From Bdellovibrionota bacterium (GTDB lineage: Bacteria > Bdellovibrionota > UBA1018 > CAIPTA01 > JAALKR01): a stretch of 64,000 nucleotides of DNA. The notes below the pieces were generated by a model. The model made no database searches. It had not been told where the DNA came from and worked only from the letters and a program-made list of their open reading frames with translations. Positions 40,136-50,104 of the stretch are shown piece after piece. A program made the position numbers and the translations under genes. Location of the stretch: contig CBDBMJ010000001.1 in NCBI GenBank assembly GCA_965207455.1, forward strand, positions 1,344,001 to 1,408,000, read 5' to 3'. Positions within the stretch are counted from its first letter, which is position 1. Every line of letters begins with the position of its first letter.

Positions 40136-42396
40136 ATAAACTCTAACTCTACATGTTTGACTAAAAATTTCTTTTTCTGTCGACCCTTAAACGTAATCGT
40201 TACCTTACGATCCTGAGCACTGCCCTCTAATTTTGCAATAGTTCCCATGCCAAAGATCCTATGTTGGACGGCACAGCCCACATATAAAGAGGAAGAACCA
40301 TAGTCTGCCTGTATGTCCACCTGAGAATCTCCATCGTCATAAGAATTATTTTTCTTTCCTCGAAAGGTTCCTCTCCTTTGGGCATACCTTGCCGAGCCGT
40401 CATGACGGGATCGATCCACAACTATAGTGAGTTCAGTGGGAATTTCCCGCAAAAATCGACTAGGAACAGAAACCTGGACCTGTCCATAAATTCTCCGCAA
40501 AGAAACATGGGTAAGGGTTAAGTATTTTTTTGCACGGGTCATACCCACATAGCAAAGTCTACGCTCCTCTTCTATCATTTTAGGATCAGGATCCTCCATA
40601 GCCCTACGAGTGGGAAATATTCCTTCCTCACAACCCACTAAAAAAACAACGGGAAACTCCAAACCCTTGGACGAATGGAGAGTCATCAAAGAAACACAAC
40701 CGCCTGTTTCTTCTTTTTCCAATACTGCGCTTTCCAGAGAAATCTGATTGAGAAAATTTAATAATAAACCTCCACCCTCATTGGCTTCGGGATTGTATTC
40801 CTCTTCAAAATTTTGAATTACTGTAGACAGTTCCTTTAAGTTTTCTATACGACTTAGGGACTCCTCGGTGTTCTGCACCTGCAGGCTTTCTAGGTAACCT
40901 GTCTCCTCTAAAATACTTTTATAGATGTCGCTCAAAGAACCCTTTTGAGCCATGACTTGCAAAGAGGTGATGAGTGTGTGAAAGACCTTTAATTTTTTCA
41001 CAACTCCAGCGGATAAAAAATCCACAGTACCGCCAACAATCTTTTCTATGGTTTGAAAAAGAGAGCGGTTGTTTTTTCTAGCATGGCTTTCTAATTTTTG
41101 GAGTGTGAGATTTCCAATACCACGAGTGGGCACATTGATTATCCTTGAAAGACTCAACGAGTCCTCAGAATTAGAAAGCAGGCGAAGGTAGGCAATTAAA
41201 TCTTTAATCTCCTTACGATCATAGAAAGCAATACCTCCAACAATTCGGTAAGGAATGGACTCCCTTCGAAATATCTCCTCTATTACTCGAGACTGAGCAT
41301 GGCTTCGATAAAAAATACTCACATCTTCATAGTTCAATCCGCTGTTATCCACCCTTTCACGAATCTCACCAGCAATATATTCCGCTTCTTCACGCTCGTC
41401 GGATAGAGTGGCTAGGCAAATCGGATCCCCATCCTCGTTGTTGGTGAAAAGAGTTTTGTCGTAACGATCCTTATTGTTGGAAATTAACTTAGAGGCAGCA
41501 GAAATAATCGTTTTCGTGGAACGGTAATTCTCCTCTAAACGAATTAACTGTGCATTAGGGTAGTCTCTTTGAAACTCCAAAATATTACGAATGTCCGCTC
41601 CTCGCCAACCATAAATACTTTGATCCTCGTCTCCAACCACACATAGATTTTTATATTTTTGAGCCATCAGAGAAACCAATAAATATTGAGCCCGGTTGGT
41701 ATCCTGGTACTCGTCCACCATCAAGTAGCGAAATTTATCCTGGTAGCGCTCTAGGACCTCAGAGTTAGCCTTTAACAGAAAATATGTTCGTAAAATAATA
41801 TCCCCAAAATCCAATGCCTGGTTGGCTTGCACCGTGGACTGATAAAGACGATAGACTTGGATAAATTTTTCCTGAAAAGCGCTCCACTTATAATTAGCCT
41901 CTACATCCTCTGGTCCCCAGGCTTGAGTCTTGGCATAGTTAATCGCACTTTGATAGGCCTTTGGATCTCCCAAGCGTCCCGTTAAGTTCAATTCTTTGAC
42001 GATCTTCTTCAATAAAGAAAGCTGATCCGCACTGTCATACACCACTGGCGGTTTAGTAAACCCCATGGCCTCACTCTCCGTACGCAACAGCTTGAGACAA
42101 AAAGAATGGAAGGTGGACACCTCTGGAGATACGGATGAGAAGCCCATCCAGGGCTGGCCCCACTCCCCTGAGAAATCATGGGAAACCAAGGCCGTCACCC
42201 GATTCTTCATCTCCTTGGCCGCTTTATTTGTAAATGTCATGGCAAGAATGGAGGCAGGAGAAACCCCGTTTTCAATTAAATACACAATTCGAGACACCAG
42301 TGTACGGGTCTTGCCAGAGCCTGCGCCTGCCAGAAGAATTAAAGGCCCATCTATAACCTCCACAGCCTTTTTTTGTTGAAAATTGAGTATACCCAT
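40132..42396 (-). CDS. pcrA: ATP-dependent DNA helicase PcrA/UvrD
   Basis: AGAGSGKT, DEYQDTN, VGDEDQSIYGWRGA, EEERRLCYVGMTRA, Tudor-like C-terminus. Confidence 0.95.
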   Translation of the reverse strand: MGILNFQQKKAVEVIDGPLILLAGAGSGKTRTLVSRIVYLIENGVSPASILAMTFTNKAAKEMKNRVTALVSHDFSGEWGQPWMGFSSVSPEVSTFHSFCLKLLRTESEAMGFTKPPVVYDSADQLSLLKKIVKELNLTGRLGDPKAYQSAINYAKTQAWGPEDVEANYKWSAFQEKFIQVYRLYQSTVQANQALDFGDIILRTYFLLKANSEVLERYQDKFRYLMVDEYQDTNRAQYLLVSLMAQKYKNLCVVGDEDQSIYGWRGADIRNILEFQRDYPNAQLIRLEENYRSTKTIISAASKLISNNKDRYDKTLFTNNEDGDPICLATLSDEREEAEYIAGEIRERVDNSGLNYEDVSIFYRSHAQSRVIEEIFRRESIPYRIVGGIAFYDRKEIKDLIAYLRLLSNSEDSLSLSRIINVPTRGIGNLTLQKLESHARKNNRSLFQTIEKIVGGTVDFLSAGVVKKLKVFHTLITSLQVMAQKGSLSDIYKSILEETGYLESLQVQNTEESLSRIENLKELSTVIQNFEEEYNPEANEGGGLLLNFLNQISLESAVLEKEETGGCVSLMTLHSSKGLEFPVVFLVGCEEGIFPTRRAMEDPDPKMIEEERRLCYVGMTRAKKYLTLTHVSLRRIYGQVQVSVPSRFLREIPTELTIVVDRSRHDGSARYAQRRGTFRGKKNNSYDDGDSQVDIQADYGSSSLYVGCAVQHRIFGMGTIAKLEGSAQDRKVTITFKGRQKKKFLVKHVELEFI

Positions 42397-42531
42397 AACC
42401 TTACCTTTACGATAAGCAGGGAATATTCTCCAACTGTTTTGCTATTTATTTATCTGACATTTCCTGACAGTGGCAACAGAACCCGAGGAAATAAGTCCGA
42501 CTTTTCTAGACAGTCGGCCAGGCAATAGGAT

Positions 42532-42963
42532 TCACAACTCCACGTCTGGAAGGTTCAAGTCTGAGCTCTTGTGATGGGTGGCTGCCATGGAAAGCTTTTC
42601 CTTATTTTCCTCTTCCTGTTTACAGGAAATACAGAGTTCTGCTGTGGGTCGGGCTATTAGGCGAAGGAATCTAATGGAGTCGCCGCATTCCGTGCACTCA
42701 CCGTAGGTGCCTTCCTTTATATTCAGTAACGCTTGTTCCACCTTTTTAAAGTATAATTTATCTCGATTGCCTAGGCGAGTATTCATACGCTCATTAACTT
42801 CGCTAGAGGCAAGGTCCAGCACATCGGGGTGACTGTTTTTATCCGTGCCTACATCCGACTTCACAAGCTGTACTTTATTCAAAAGTTCTTCTTTCTCTCT
42901 CAGCAAATTATTCCTACATTTTTGAATTTCTTTTTCTGTAAGTTCTGGGCTTTTTCTTCTCAT
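42532..42963 (-). CDS. dksA: DksA/TraR family C4 zinc-finger protein
   Basis: DVLDLA (DxxDxA), YGEC.ECG..I...RL.ARP...LC..C. Confidence 0.88.
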   Translation of the reverse strand: MRRKSPELTEKEIQKCRNNLLREKEELLNKVQLVKSDVGTDKNSHPDVLDLASSEVNERMNTRLGNRDKLYFKKVEQALLNIKEGTYGECTECGDSIRFLRLIARPTAELCISCKQEEENKEKLSMAATHHKSSDLNLPDVEL

Positions 42964-43153
42964 TATTATTTCTCCTTAATCAATTAATTATAGCCGCATA
43001 ATGCAGCATATTAATACTGAAATCTTTCAGCTTTGTCAATATTTTTCGATGCTATGTAGGCACAAAAGGAAAGCTCACACCTCTGCAAAAGGAAAGTTCA
43101 CACCACGGTGTATAATCTTCTTTATTATTAACAACTTAGGGGAGGGAGCATCA

Positions 43154-44367
43154 ATGGAAAGGGAGATTAAGATGATAGAAAAAGTCAGAGATAGGGAGAA
43201 GGCAATGCAAGACATTTCGTCAGGGCTGATAACGCAATCAGAGGCTGCTGGGAGGCTTGGTTTAGGCCGGGAATGGGTGAATCGCCTTTTCAAGAGGTAT
43301 GACAATGATGGTATTGGCGCTTTAGCTCCGAAGCGAGTTGGAAAGCCAAACGCAAGAAAACTCACGGATGATTTTAAGGATTATATAAATAAGATTGTTA
43401 GTGAAAAAAAATATAAGGGCTTTGGACCCACTTTGATGTCGGAGACTTTGTTAGAGAAATTTGAGACTGAAATTTCCAAGGAAACGTTAAGAAAATGGAT
43501 GACGGATTGGGGTTTATGGGAACCTCGTAAATCGAAATTAAAACGAATACACTCTTATCGTGAACGGAGAGAACGCAATGGTGAGCTGGTGCAAATAGAT
43601 GGCTCCCATCATGCTTGGTTTGAGAAAAGAGACCCTAAGTGCTGTTTGATTGTTTTTGTAGACGATGCTAGCAGCAAGATAATATGCCATTTTTCTCCTG
43701 CTGAAACAGCCTTTGCATACATGGAGTGTTTGGAAAAATATATAAAAAAATATGGGATTCCCAGAGCTTTTTACCACGATAGACATGGAATATTCTCGGT
43801 AGCTACCTCTGAAAAAAGGAACCAAGGTGTTAAGTATACTCAGTTTGGTTCTGTTTTACATGAGCTAGGTATTAAGTCTATTAATGCCTATTCTCCTCAA
43901 GCTAAAGGTCGAGTGGAGAGAGTGAATAGAACCCTACAGGATCGCTTGCTAAAAGCCATGCGCTTACAACAGATTAATACTATCGAGGAAGGCAATCTTA
44001 TCTTCCAAAATTCATAGAGAAATACAATAGGCGTTGGGGTTATGAGGTCACTGAAGATGTTCATAGAAATGCAAGAGGTTGGGTAAACGGAGGACTGGAT
44101 AGACTGCTTACATGGAAGAAGGAAAGAATTATAAGTAAAAATCTTTCAATCCAACATAACAGTTGTTTATACCAAATTAAAAGTAATGGTGGAGGTCATC
44201 ACCTCAAGGGTCAAAGAATAACTGTCCTCACCTATCGTGATGGTAGAGTAGAATTAGATTTTAAAGGCAATTCATTAGATTATGAGATTATTAATAGGAA
44301 GCCAAGACCAGCTCTAAGTAGCGATAAAACTATAAACCAGGAAGTAGACCGGCTATTAAAAACATAG
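43154..44367 (+). pseudogene. DDE transposase (IS1202/ISNCY), frameshifted at about 43997
   Basis: ELVQIDGSHHAWFE, VDDASS, YHDRHGIF, TQFG, SPQAKGRVER..RTLQDRL; continues in another frame (YLPKFIEKYNRRW...) to TAG 44367. Confidence 0.9.
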
Positions 44368-44382
44368 TTGTCCCACAAACCC

Positions 44383-44501
44383 ATGCCTCACTAACATCAC
44401 GAGACCTATGCCTCACTAACATCATTTAGGGGTGGATACACCACAGGCATCGCCTCACTATCATCATTGGGAGCGGATGCCTCACAAGACCTATGTCTCA
44501 C
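44383..44501. repeat. Cluster of ATGCCTCAC(TAACATCA) direct repeats inside the IS 3' region
   Basis: Copies near 44383, 44408, 44449, 44477 and 44493. Confidence 0.8.
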
Positions 44502-44954
44502 CAAAAATCAGGGCCATCATGAAAAACCGACTAGGCCCACGGAGATCGTTCAGCGGACATCTTCCGTAAAGCGAGGGAATACCTCTATGTCGCAAAGGGT
44601 TGAATAGGAGGGAAATATTAAAGAAAATAAGTCGGAAACTGGATTTTGACCTCAAAAAATGATACACCGTGGTGTGATCTTTCCTTTTGCCCTTACATAC
44701 TTTTCCATGCTGTGTAGACAAAACGAAACCCTCCACCCTTTACATCTCTTAGAGTTGGAGTCTATGATTCCAGCTGATTTTCTTTCATATTTTTCTCTTT
44801 TTGACTTATTGCAATATAATGGTGCCAACCCCTAATGATCGTAGTGAGAAAAAAAGGGGTTGTTGCATAAATATCGTGTGCTATTCGTATTTTTGAGTTG
44901 AAGGATTTTAGCTTTCTTCAAATCCAATATAATGAGGCTTCAGGCAGTTATATA

Positions 44955-44992
44955 ATAACCCCCCTGTCTCCTATAACAGGCAGGGGATTATT
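44955..44992 (-). terminator. Hairpin, probable intrinsic terminator
   Basis: ATAACCCCCTGTCT...AGGCAGGGGATTAT inverted repeat downstream of the 45044 gene. Confidence 0.5.
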
Positions 44993-45043
44993 TTATTTCT
45001 ATAGACTCAGCACACATTACACATGCCCATTTTAACTCTTTAT

Positions 45044-45442
45044 TTAGTTTTGTTGAGCAGGATTTTCTTCTTCAGAGGGAGACTTTGGTAGCGCATAAAC
45101 CTCTAAATTCAGGTTGTTAGGATATTTGGCAAGACAGGTCTTATGAATGGACTTAGTCCGTGGCGTACCACTGCTACAACGAACCATTAACTCACCACTC
45201 AATTTATTGGCTGCCGCACTGCACGAAACATTCCTGCGAATGTCAGTATTATCTGAAAATGTTTTACAAGATAAGATTTCATTTTCAGTGCCTTCACATG
45301 CTCCTGCAGAAGCAAAACAGCCACTGATACTTATACCGTTAACGTTCTCCTCAAGCCAGTCATTTGCCTCTCCTCTTGCCGTTGCTATTTCACTTAGTGC
45401 CACTGTCATTATGACCCCAACTAATAGTGTTGTTATTTTCAT
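45044..45442 (-). CDS. Secreted Cys-rich hypothetical protein
   Basis: Signal peptide from MKITT; six Cys in the mature part. Confidence 0.7.
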   Translation of the reverse strand: MKITTLLVGVIMTVALSEIATARGEANDWLEENVNGISISGCFASAGACEGTENEILSCKTFSDNTDIRRNVSCSAAANKLSGELMVRCSSGTPRTKSIHKTCLAKYPNNLNLEVYALPKSPSEEENPAQQN

Positions 45443-45636
45443 AATTTTTTCCTTTCTATTCATTAGTTTTTAAGAGACACACCGCATGTTTCTTTTACGA
45501 GAAGCATAATAATCTGACCGGTCATCTGATGTCAAGGATTTAATTTTAAATTGCAGGGGCAATGCATAGCATTTTTCTGCTGATTGGGAGCTATCCAAAC
45601 TCATGGTGGGCTGCGGATGCTCGTATGGGTAATCAT

Positions 45637-45697
45637 AGTTATGTTAAGCATGGTTGACAAGCCCTCAGTGCTCAGTTATGTTAAGCATGCTTGACAA
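45637..45697. promoter_or_regulatory. Tandem near-palindromic operators, probable binding sites of the adjacent DtxR-family regulator
   Basis: AGTTATGTTAAGCATG(G/C)TTGACAA occurs twice, 37 bp apart; core TGTTAAGCATGCTTGACA is near-palindromic and contains TTGACA. Confidence 0.7.
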
Positions 45698-45717
45698 AAA
45701 TTTTACGGGAGAAAATC

Positions 45718-46200
45718 TTGGACCTTCAATTCGAACAGTACTGGAAAAAATATAGTGACAATGAATTATCTCACTCAGAAACCCACTATTTACTATCCAT
45801 CTATTCCCTTTTAAAAAAAAATCCTGAGTTAAGGGGAGTAACCCTTGCTAAAGAACTGGGAATCAGCCGAAGTGCGGTTCACCTGCAATTAAAGAAATTA
45901 TTGGAAAAAAAACTTATCAAGGTGAAAACCAGCTTAATCACCTTGCCTAAAAAATCAGTCGGAATTATTGAGAAAACTGCAAATAAACGAAAGACCATGA
46001 TTGGGTTTTTAACAGAAGTTCTAGGGCTGCCAAAGTCAGTTGCCACTAAAGATAGTTGCAAGGTGGAGCACCTTTTGTCCGACAAAACAGGCGACGCTTT
46101 ACTTGGATTCCTTCAGTTCATACAGTCAGACAGAAGGGTTGTCTCCCAGTTCTTAAAAGAGTTTAAAGAAAATCAGCAGGAGAAAGAAAATGAACATTAA
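45718..46200 (+). CDS. DtxR/MntR family metal-dependent transcriptional regulator
   Basis: SHSETHYL.SI, HTH LAKELGISRSAV, FL.EVLG, DSCKVEH; likely TTG start at 45718 after GGGAGA. Confidence 0.88.
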   Translation: MDLQFEQYWKKYSDNELSHSETHYLLSIYSLLKKNPELRGVTLAKELGISRSAVHLQLKKLLEKKLIKVKTSLITLPKKSVGIIEKTANKRKTMIGFLTEVLGLPKSVATKDSCKVEHLLSDKTGDALLGFLQFIQSDRRVVSQFLKEFKENQQEKENEH

Positions 46201-48073
46201 AAGTCTACTATGCATATTTTTTATTATGAGCACCAATGCTTTTGCTTCCAATAATCAAACGGCTGTTCACTTATTAAGTTACCTCGCTCAAGACTATGGG
46301 GAGGCTGTTCAAAATGGTAAAGTTATAAATAAGGAAGAATACCAAGAACAACTCGACTTTTCAAAAGAAGTTGTACGAATAATGAATGAGAATAATTACG
46401 ACAAAGATTTAAAGCAAGAAATTTCAAATTTGAGCGACGGAATTGTAATGAAGAAAAATGCTGATTATATTGCAGCGACTGCCAATAAAATCAAATCCAG
46501 TATTCTTAAAAAATTCAACCTATCCACATATCCAAAATCTGCGATAAATCTAGTAAGAGCCAAGCGTCTCTACCAAAACAACTGCATGAGTTGCCATGGC
46601 AACGATGGCTATGGGGACGGCGTGGCTGGAACTCGCCTTAAACCAAGCCCAACAAATTTCCATAGTTTAGAAAGAATGCAAAATGTTTCACCCTTTGGAG
46701 CGTTTAACACTATATCTCTTGGTGTAAACGGCACAGGAATGGCTCCCCATGCCTATCTTTCCGAAGAAGACCGCTGGTCATTAGCGTACTATATCACCTC
46801 TTTTAGGTTTCAAAATATAAAGAAAATAAAAGGCATTACCCTAAATATAAAAGATAGCTCGTCGCTTTCAGACAAGGAAATAAAAAACAAATACGGACTG
46901 GATGATGAAAAGTTTATGGGCGTTCTAGCAGCTATTCGCAGCACTAATTCCAACCCTCCAAGTACTGGAAAAACAGATCAGGTGGGAATTCATGTTAAAA
47001 AAACTGTAAACAATTTGAAGGAAAGTTTGCGCTTGTACTCTTCAGGAAAAAATAGGGAAGCTAAAAATGCTGCCTTAGCTGCATACTTGCAAGGATTTGA
47101 GCCGATAGAAGGGATTCTTAAATCAAATAACAAGGGGTTGGTTTATGAAATAGAGGCCGACATGTCAAAATACAGGTCGCTGTTGAAAAATAATAGACCG
47201 AAAGAGGAACTGTCGAAGGTTTTAAGTCCCCTCATCACCAAATTGGAAAGTTTTACTCAGATGGAAAAGTATGAGAAAACAAATAAATCATCATTTTTAA
47301 TTGCCTTCGGCGTTGTTCTAAGAGAAGCATTCGAAGCAGGGCTGATTTTATTTTTGCTTTTGAGTCTTACACGAAAATTCAATGCAAAGATTTTCAATAA
47401 ACACATTCACACAGGCTGGATTTCATCATTGTTTTTAGGAATTATTCTCTACTTCGTTTTAGATAATTTCATTACCATAGATGCCGCACTTGCCGAATCA
47501 CTTGAAGGATACACTGCCCTTATAGCTGCCGCATTGCTTTTTTACGTCGGATATTGGATGCATAAAAATACTGATATCCAGAAACTAAAGAAAACCTTTA
47601 CTAGTGCCGTAGGTGATTCTCTCAAAAGCGGAAAAGGTGTGACTCTTTTCTTGATAGTATTTACTGCTGTATTTAGAGAGATATTTGAAGTTTTACTATT
47701 TCTTAAGATACTAATTCTTGATGGTTACGAAAAATTACCTGTTGTTTTTGGCGCTTTTTTTGCAATAATGGTGGCAATTATCACCATATCTGCTGCCATT
47801 AGTTATTCCATTAAACTTAATTTGAAATACATGTTTAGAGCATCAACAGTTTTAATTCTTTCTTTATCCGTTATCTTTCTTGGCAAAGGAATTGGTGCGC
47901 TTCAAGAAACTGGTATTTTTGAGGAAACGAAGCTCAATATTACCTCTCTTTCACCCATTGGCTTCAACGCTACTTCAGAAGTACTTATTGCTCAGGTGAC
48001 TATGATCATAATTATCCTCGCCTATACTTTAATTGCTAGCAAAAGAAAGCAATTGGAAAAAATAACAAATTAA
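46190..48073 (+). CDS. Cytochrome c-FTR1 family iron permease
   Basis: Signal peptide, CMSCH heme motif, two RExxE motifs (REAFE, REIFE) within a multi-TM C-terminal domain. Confidence 0.92.
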   Translation: MNIKSLLCIFFIMSTNAFASNNQTAVHLLSYLAQDYGEAVQNGKVINKEEYQEQLDFSKEVVRIMNENNYDKDLKQEISNLSDGIVMKKNADYIAATANKIKSSILKKFNLSTYPKSAINLVRAKRLYQNNCMSCHGNDGYGDGVAGTRLKPSPTNFHSLERMQNVSPFGAFNTISLGVNGTGMAPHAYLSEEDRWSLAYYITSFRFQNIKKIKGITLNIKDSSSLSDKEIKNKYGLDDEKFMGVLAAIRSTNSNPPSTGKTDQVGIHVKKTVNNLKESLRLYSSGKNREAKNAALAAYLQGFEPIEGILKSNNKGLVYEIEADMSKYRSLLKNNRPKEELSKVLSPLITKLESFTQMEKYEKTNKSSFLIAFGVVLREAFEAGLILFLLLSLTRKFNAKIFNKHIHTGWISSLFLGIILYFVLDNFITIDAALAESLEGYTALIAAALLFYVGYWMHKNTDIQKLKKTFTSAVGDSLKSGKGVTLFLIVFTAVFREIFEVLLFLKILILDGYEKLPVVFGAFFAIMVAIITISAAISYSIKLNLKYMFRASTVLILSLSVIFLGKGIGALQETGIFEETKLNITSLSPIGFNATSEVLIAQVTMIIIILAYTLIASKRKQLEKITN

Positions 48074-48157
48074 GGGAGAAGGACACCTGCAATTCAACAC
48101 CCCAAGGGCTACAAGCTCAAGAACACAACAGTAATAGCCCTGACGCTCTTTACAACA

Positions 48158-49273
48158 ATGTCTTCATTTGAGTATGGAGAAGGCCCTGTTGATAAGCGCA
48201 TGAGTGAACCACTAAAAATAGCTGGTAAAAATTGTGCTTCTGATTTTTATGTATCCGAAAAACTCAAAATCCCTAAGCATATAAGACGTATATTTGATGC
48301 AGAAGAAAAAACTATTCCAACCAAGAAATATATCCCTCTTGCCGCTCAAACAACAACAACCATAACAAAATTCATTTATTTTAAGTGCCTGAGAAAACTG
48401 AATCGTACTCATAAAAATAAATTTAAATCGCTAACCTATGGAGAAGTTAAGTTCGTATGGGATGTAATAAAATCTGAGGTAAAACCCAGGGTAAACCGCG
48501 AATTACAAGCTAAAAGAAAGGACGAAACGAATAAAGAAATCAGAGACAGCACTCAAAGAATTACATCATGGGCCACTGCTCTAAAAGCACTGAACAAAGA
48601 GAATGACACCCATAGTAAGAGCTTGAAGACAAGCAGCACTCAAAGAATTACATCATGGGCCACTGCTCTAAAAGCACTAAATGAAAAGAATGAAACCCAT
48701 AGGAAGACAAGCAACTCTCCTCCAATCCATGAATATGCAGAAGTTCCTATTGATGATCGCATAAAGGAACCTCTAAAAATAGCCAGCAAAAATTGTGCTT
48801 CTAAACTATATGAGTCTGAAAAGTTTGAATCTGTTCATATTATCAGTGCACTTAATGCAAAAGAAAAACCTATTTCAGCATCGAAATACACTCTTATTAC
48901 CGAGAAAATAATAATGCATATAACGAACCTGACTTATTTTAAATGCTTACAAAATATCAATAGTCGTCATAAAAACAAATTTCAATCACTAGCTAGGCAA
49001 GAGGTTAAATTTTTATGGGATACAATAAAAGCTGAAATAACTTCTAGAGTAAACCATGACTTACAAGCCAAAAAAATGCCTGAAACGGATAAAGAGCTTA
49101 GCGACAGTGCTCGAAGAATCCAATCATGGCTTATTCACCTAAACTCAATAAACAAAGAGGATGAAAAAAGGCATAATATTCTCCTAGATCGTAAGGGGGA
49201 TCTTAATACTCCAGGATCAGGTGAATCTCCCCCACCAAGTAATAAAGGCTCTAAGAGTAAATACGGCGGTTAA
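48158..49273 (+). CDS. Hypothetical protein with two ~150-170-aa internal repeats
   Basis: EPLKIA.KNCAS..Y.SEK...YFKCL...N..HKNKF.SL...EVKF.WD.IK.E...RVN..LQAK occurs twice; extra 29-aa tandem repeat. Confidence 0.8.
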   Translation: MSSFEYGEGPVDKRMSEPLKIAGKNCASDFYVSEKLKIPKHIRRIFDAEEKTIPTKKYIPLAAQTTTTITKFIYFKCLRKLNRTHKNKFKSLTYGEVKFVWDVIKSEVKPRVNRELQAKRKDETNKEIRDSTQRITSWATALKALNKENDTHSKSLKTSSTQRITSWATALKALNEKNETHRKTSNSPPIHEYAEVPIDDRIKEPLKIASKNCASKLYESEKFESVHIISALNAKEKPISASKYTLITEKIIMHITNLTYFKCLQNINSRHKNKFQSLARQEVKFLWDTIKAEITSRVNHDLQAKKMPETDKELSDSARRIQSWLIHLNSINKEDEKRHNILLDRKGDLNTPGSGESPPPSNKGSKSKYGG

Positions 49274-49333
49274 GCACAGATTTTAATGAAGCAAACTCTT
49301 GCACTTCCTCCACTCCTACAGTAGAGCATAGCT

Positions 49334-50104
49334 ATGGAGACATTCAGCCTAACCAACAGCCCTCCCAAGCCATACCCCAAGCAAAACTATGAGCCATACC
49401 GGGCATCAGGAAACCCCTATGCCAATCGCTACCTTCAACTCCCCTCCCATGCTCCCACTGCCTTCTCCTCCAATGCCACAGAACAATTTCGAGGGCAGTG
49501 GCAAAAATTTTTTGGAGCCTCCCCCAAGCAAAAACTTCATGTGGAGTTGGGCTCCTATCATGGAGAAACACTCATTACAATGGCCAAGCAACACCCGGAG
49601 GAACTGTTCATTGGTGTGGAATGGAAATTTAAGGAATGTTTCCGGGCAGCAGAGAAAGCTATCCACGAACAAATACCTAATATTTGTTTTCTACGGGCCA
49701 ACCTAGCTCGTTTGCCCTGGATGTTTGCTCCCCATGAAATAGATCAGGTATGGATTGCTTTTCCCGATCCCTGGCCCAAAAAAAATCAACAAAAATGGCG
49801 TACTCTCCATTCCGACTTTTTCCGATCCTTGGGTCTGCTCCTATCTCCCAATAAAAAAGTACTGCTAAAGACGGATCATATCGACTACGCTGCCCATATC
49901 GTCGAAGCCGTAAAAGAATCTCAAGCCTTCCACACCCTAGACGAAACCCTCACATCCAACCTATGGAAAACCTTCCCTGATACTCCTTTTGAACGAATTT
50001 TTCTTCGTAATGCTAAGACGATTTTTTCATTGGCCTTGGAACGAAACGGGAATCCAATAACCCCTCCCCTCCCAGTGCAGGAAATATTTCAATCCCCCAC
50101 TTGA
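49334..50104 (+). CDS. trmB: tRNA (guanine-N7)-methyltransferase
   Basis: VELGS..G, FIGVE, FPDPWPK, KTDH..Y, T.FE. Confidence 0.9.
   Translation: METFSLTNSPPKPYPKQNYEPYRASGNPYANRYLQLPSHAPTAFSSNATEQFRGQWQKFFGASPKQKLHVELGSYHGETLITMAKQHPEELFIGVEWKFKECFRAAEKAIHEQIPNICFLRANLARLPWMFAPHEIDQVWIAFPDPWPKKNQQKWRTLHSDFFRSLGLLLSPNKKVLLKTDHIDYAAHIVEAVKESQAFHTLDETLTSNLWKTFPDTPFERIFLRNAKTIFSLALERNGNPITPPLPVQEIFQSPT

Larger units (their letters stand above)
43055..44697 (+). mobile_element. Insertion sequence, IS1202 family (ISNCY), decayed
   Basis: 27-bp imperfect terminal IRs with TGT ends (TGTAGGCACAAAAGGAAAGCTCACACC; 23/27 match), a subterminal repeat at 43085, and degenerate 15-bp flanking direct repeats (12/15). 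Confidence 0.88.

Noticed and set aside
43001..43153. N-terminal extension of the transposase ORF
   Set aside because: It runs across the left IR and flank; the real start is probably ATG 43154 after GGAGGGAG
44383..44501. Repeat cluster as a CRISPR array
   Set aside because: Repeats are 9-17 bp, spacing is irregular (about 16-41 bp), they lie inside an IS and no cas genes are present
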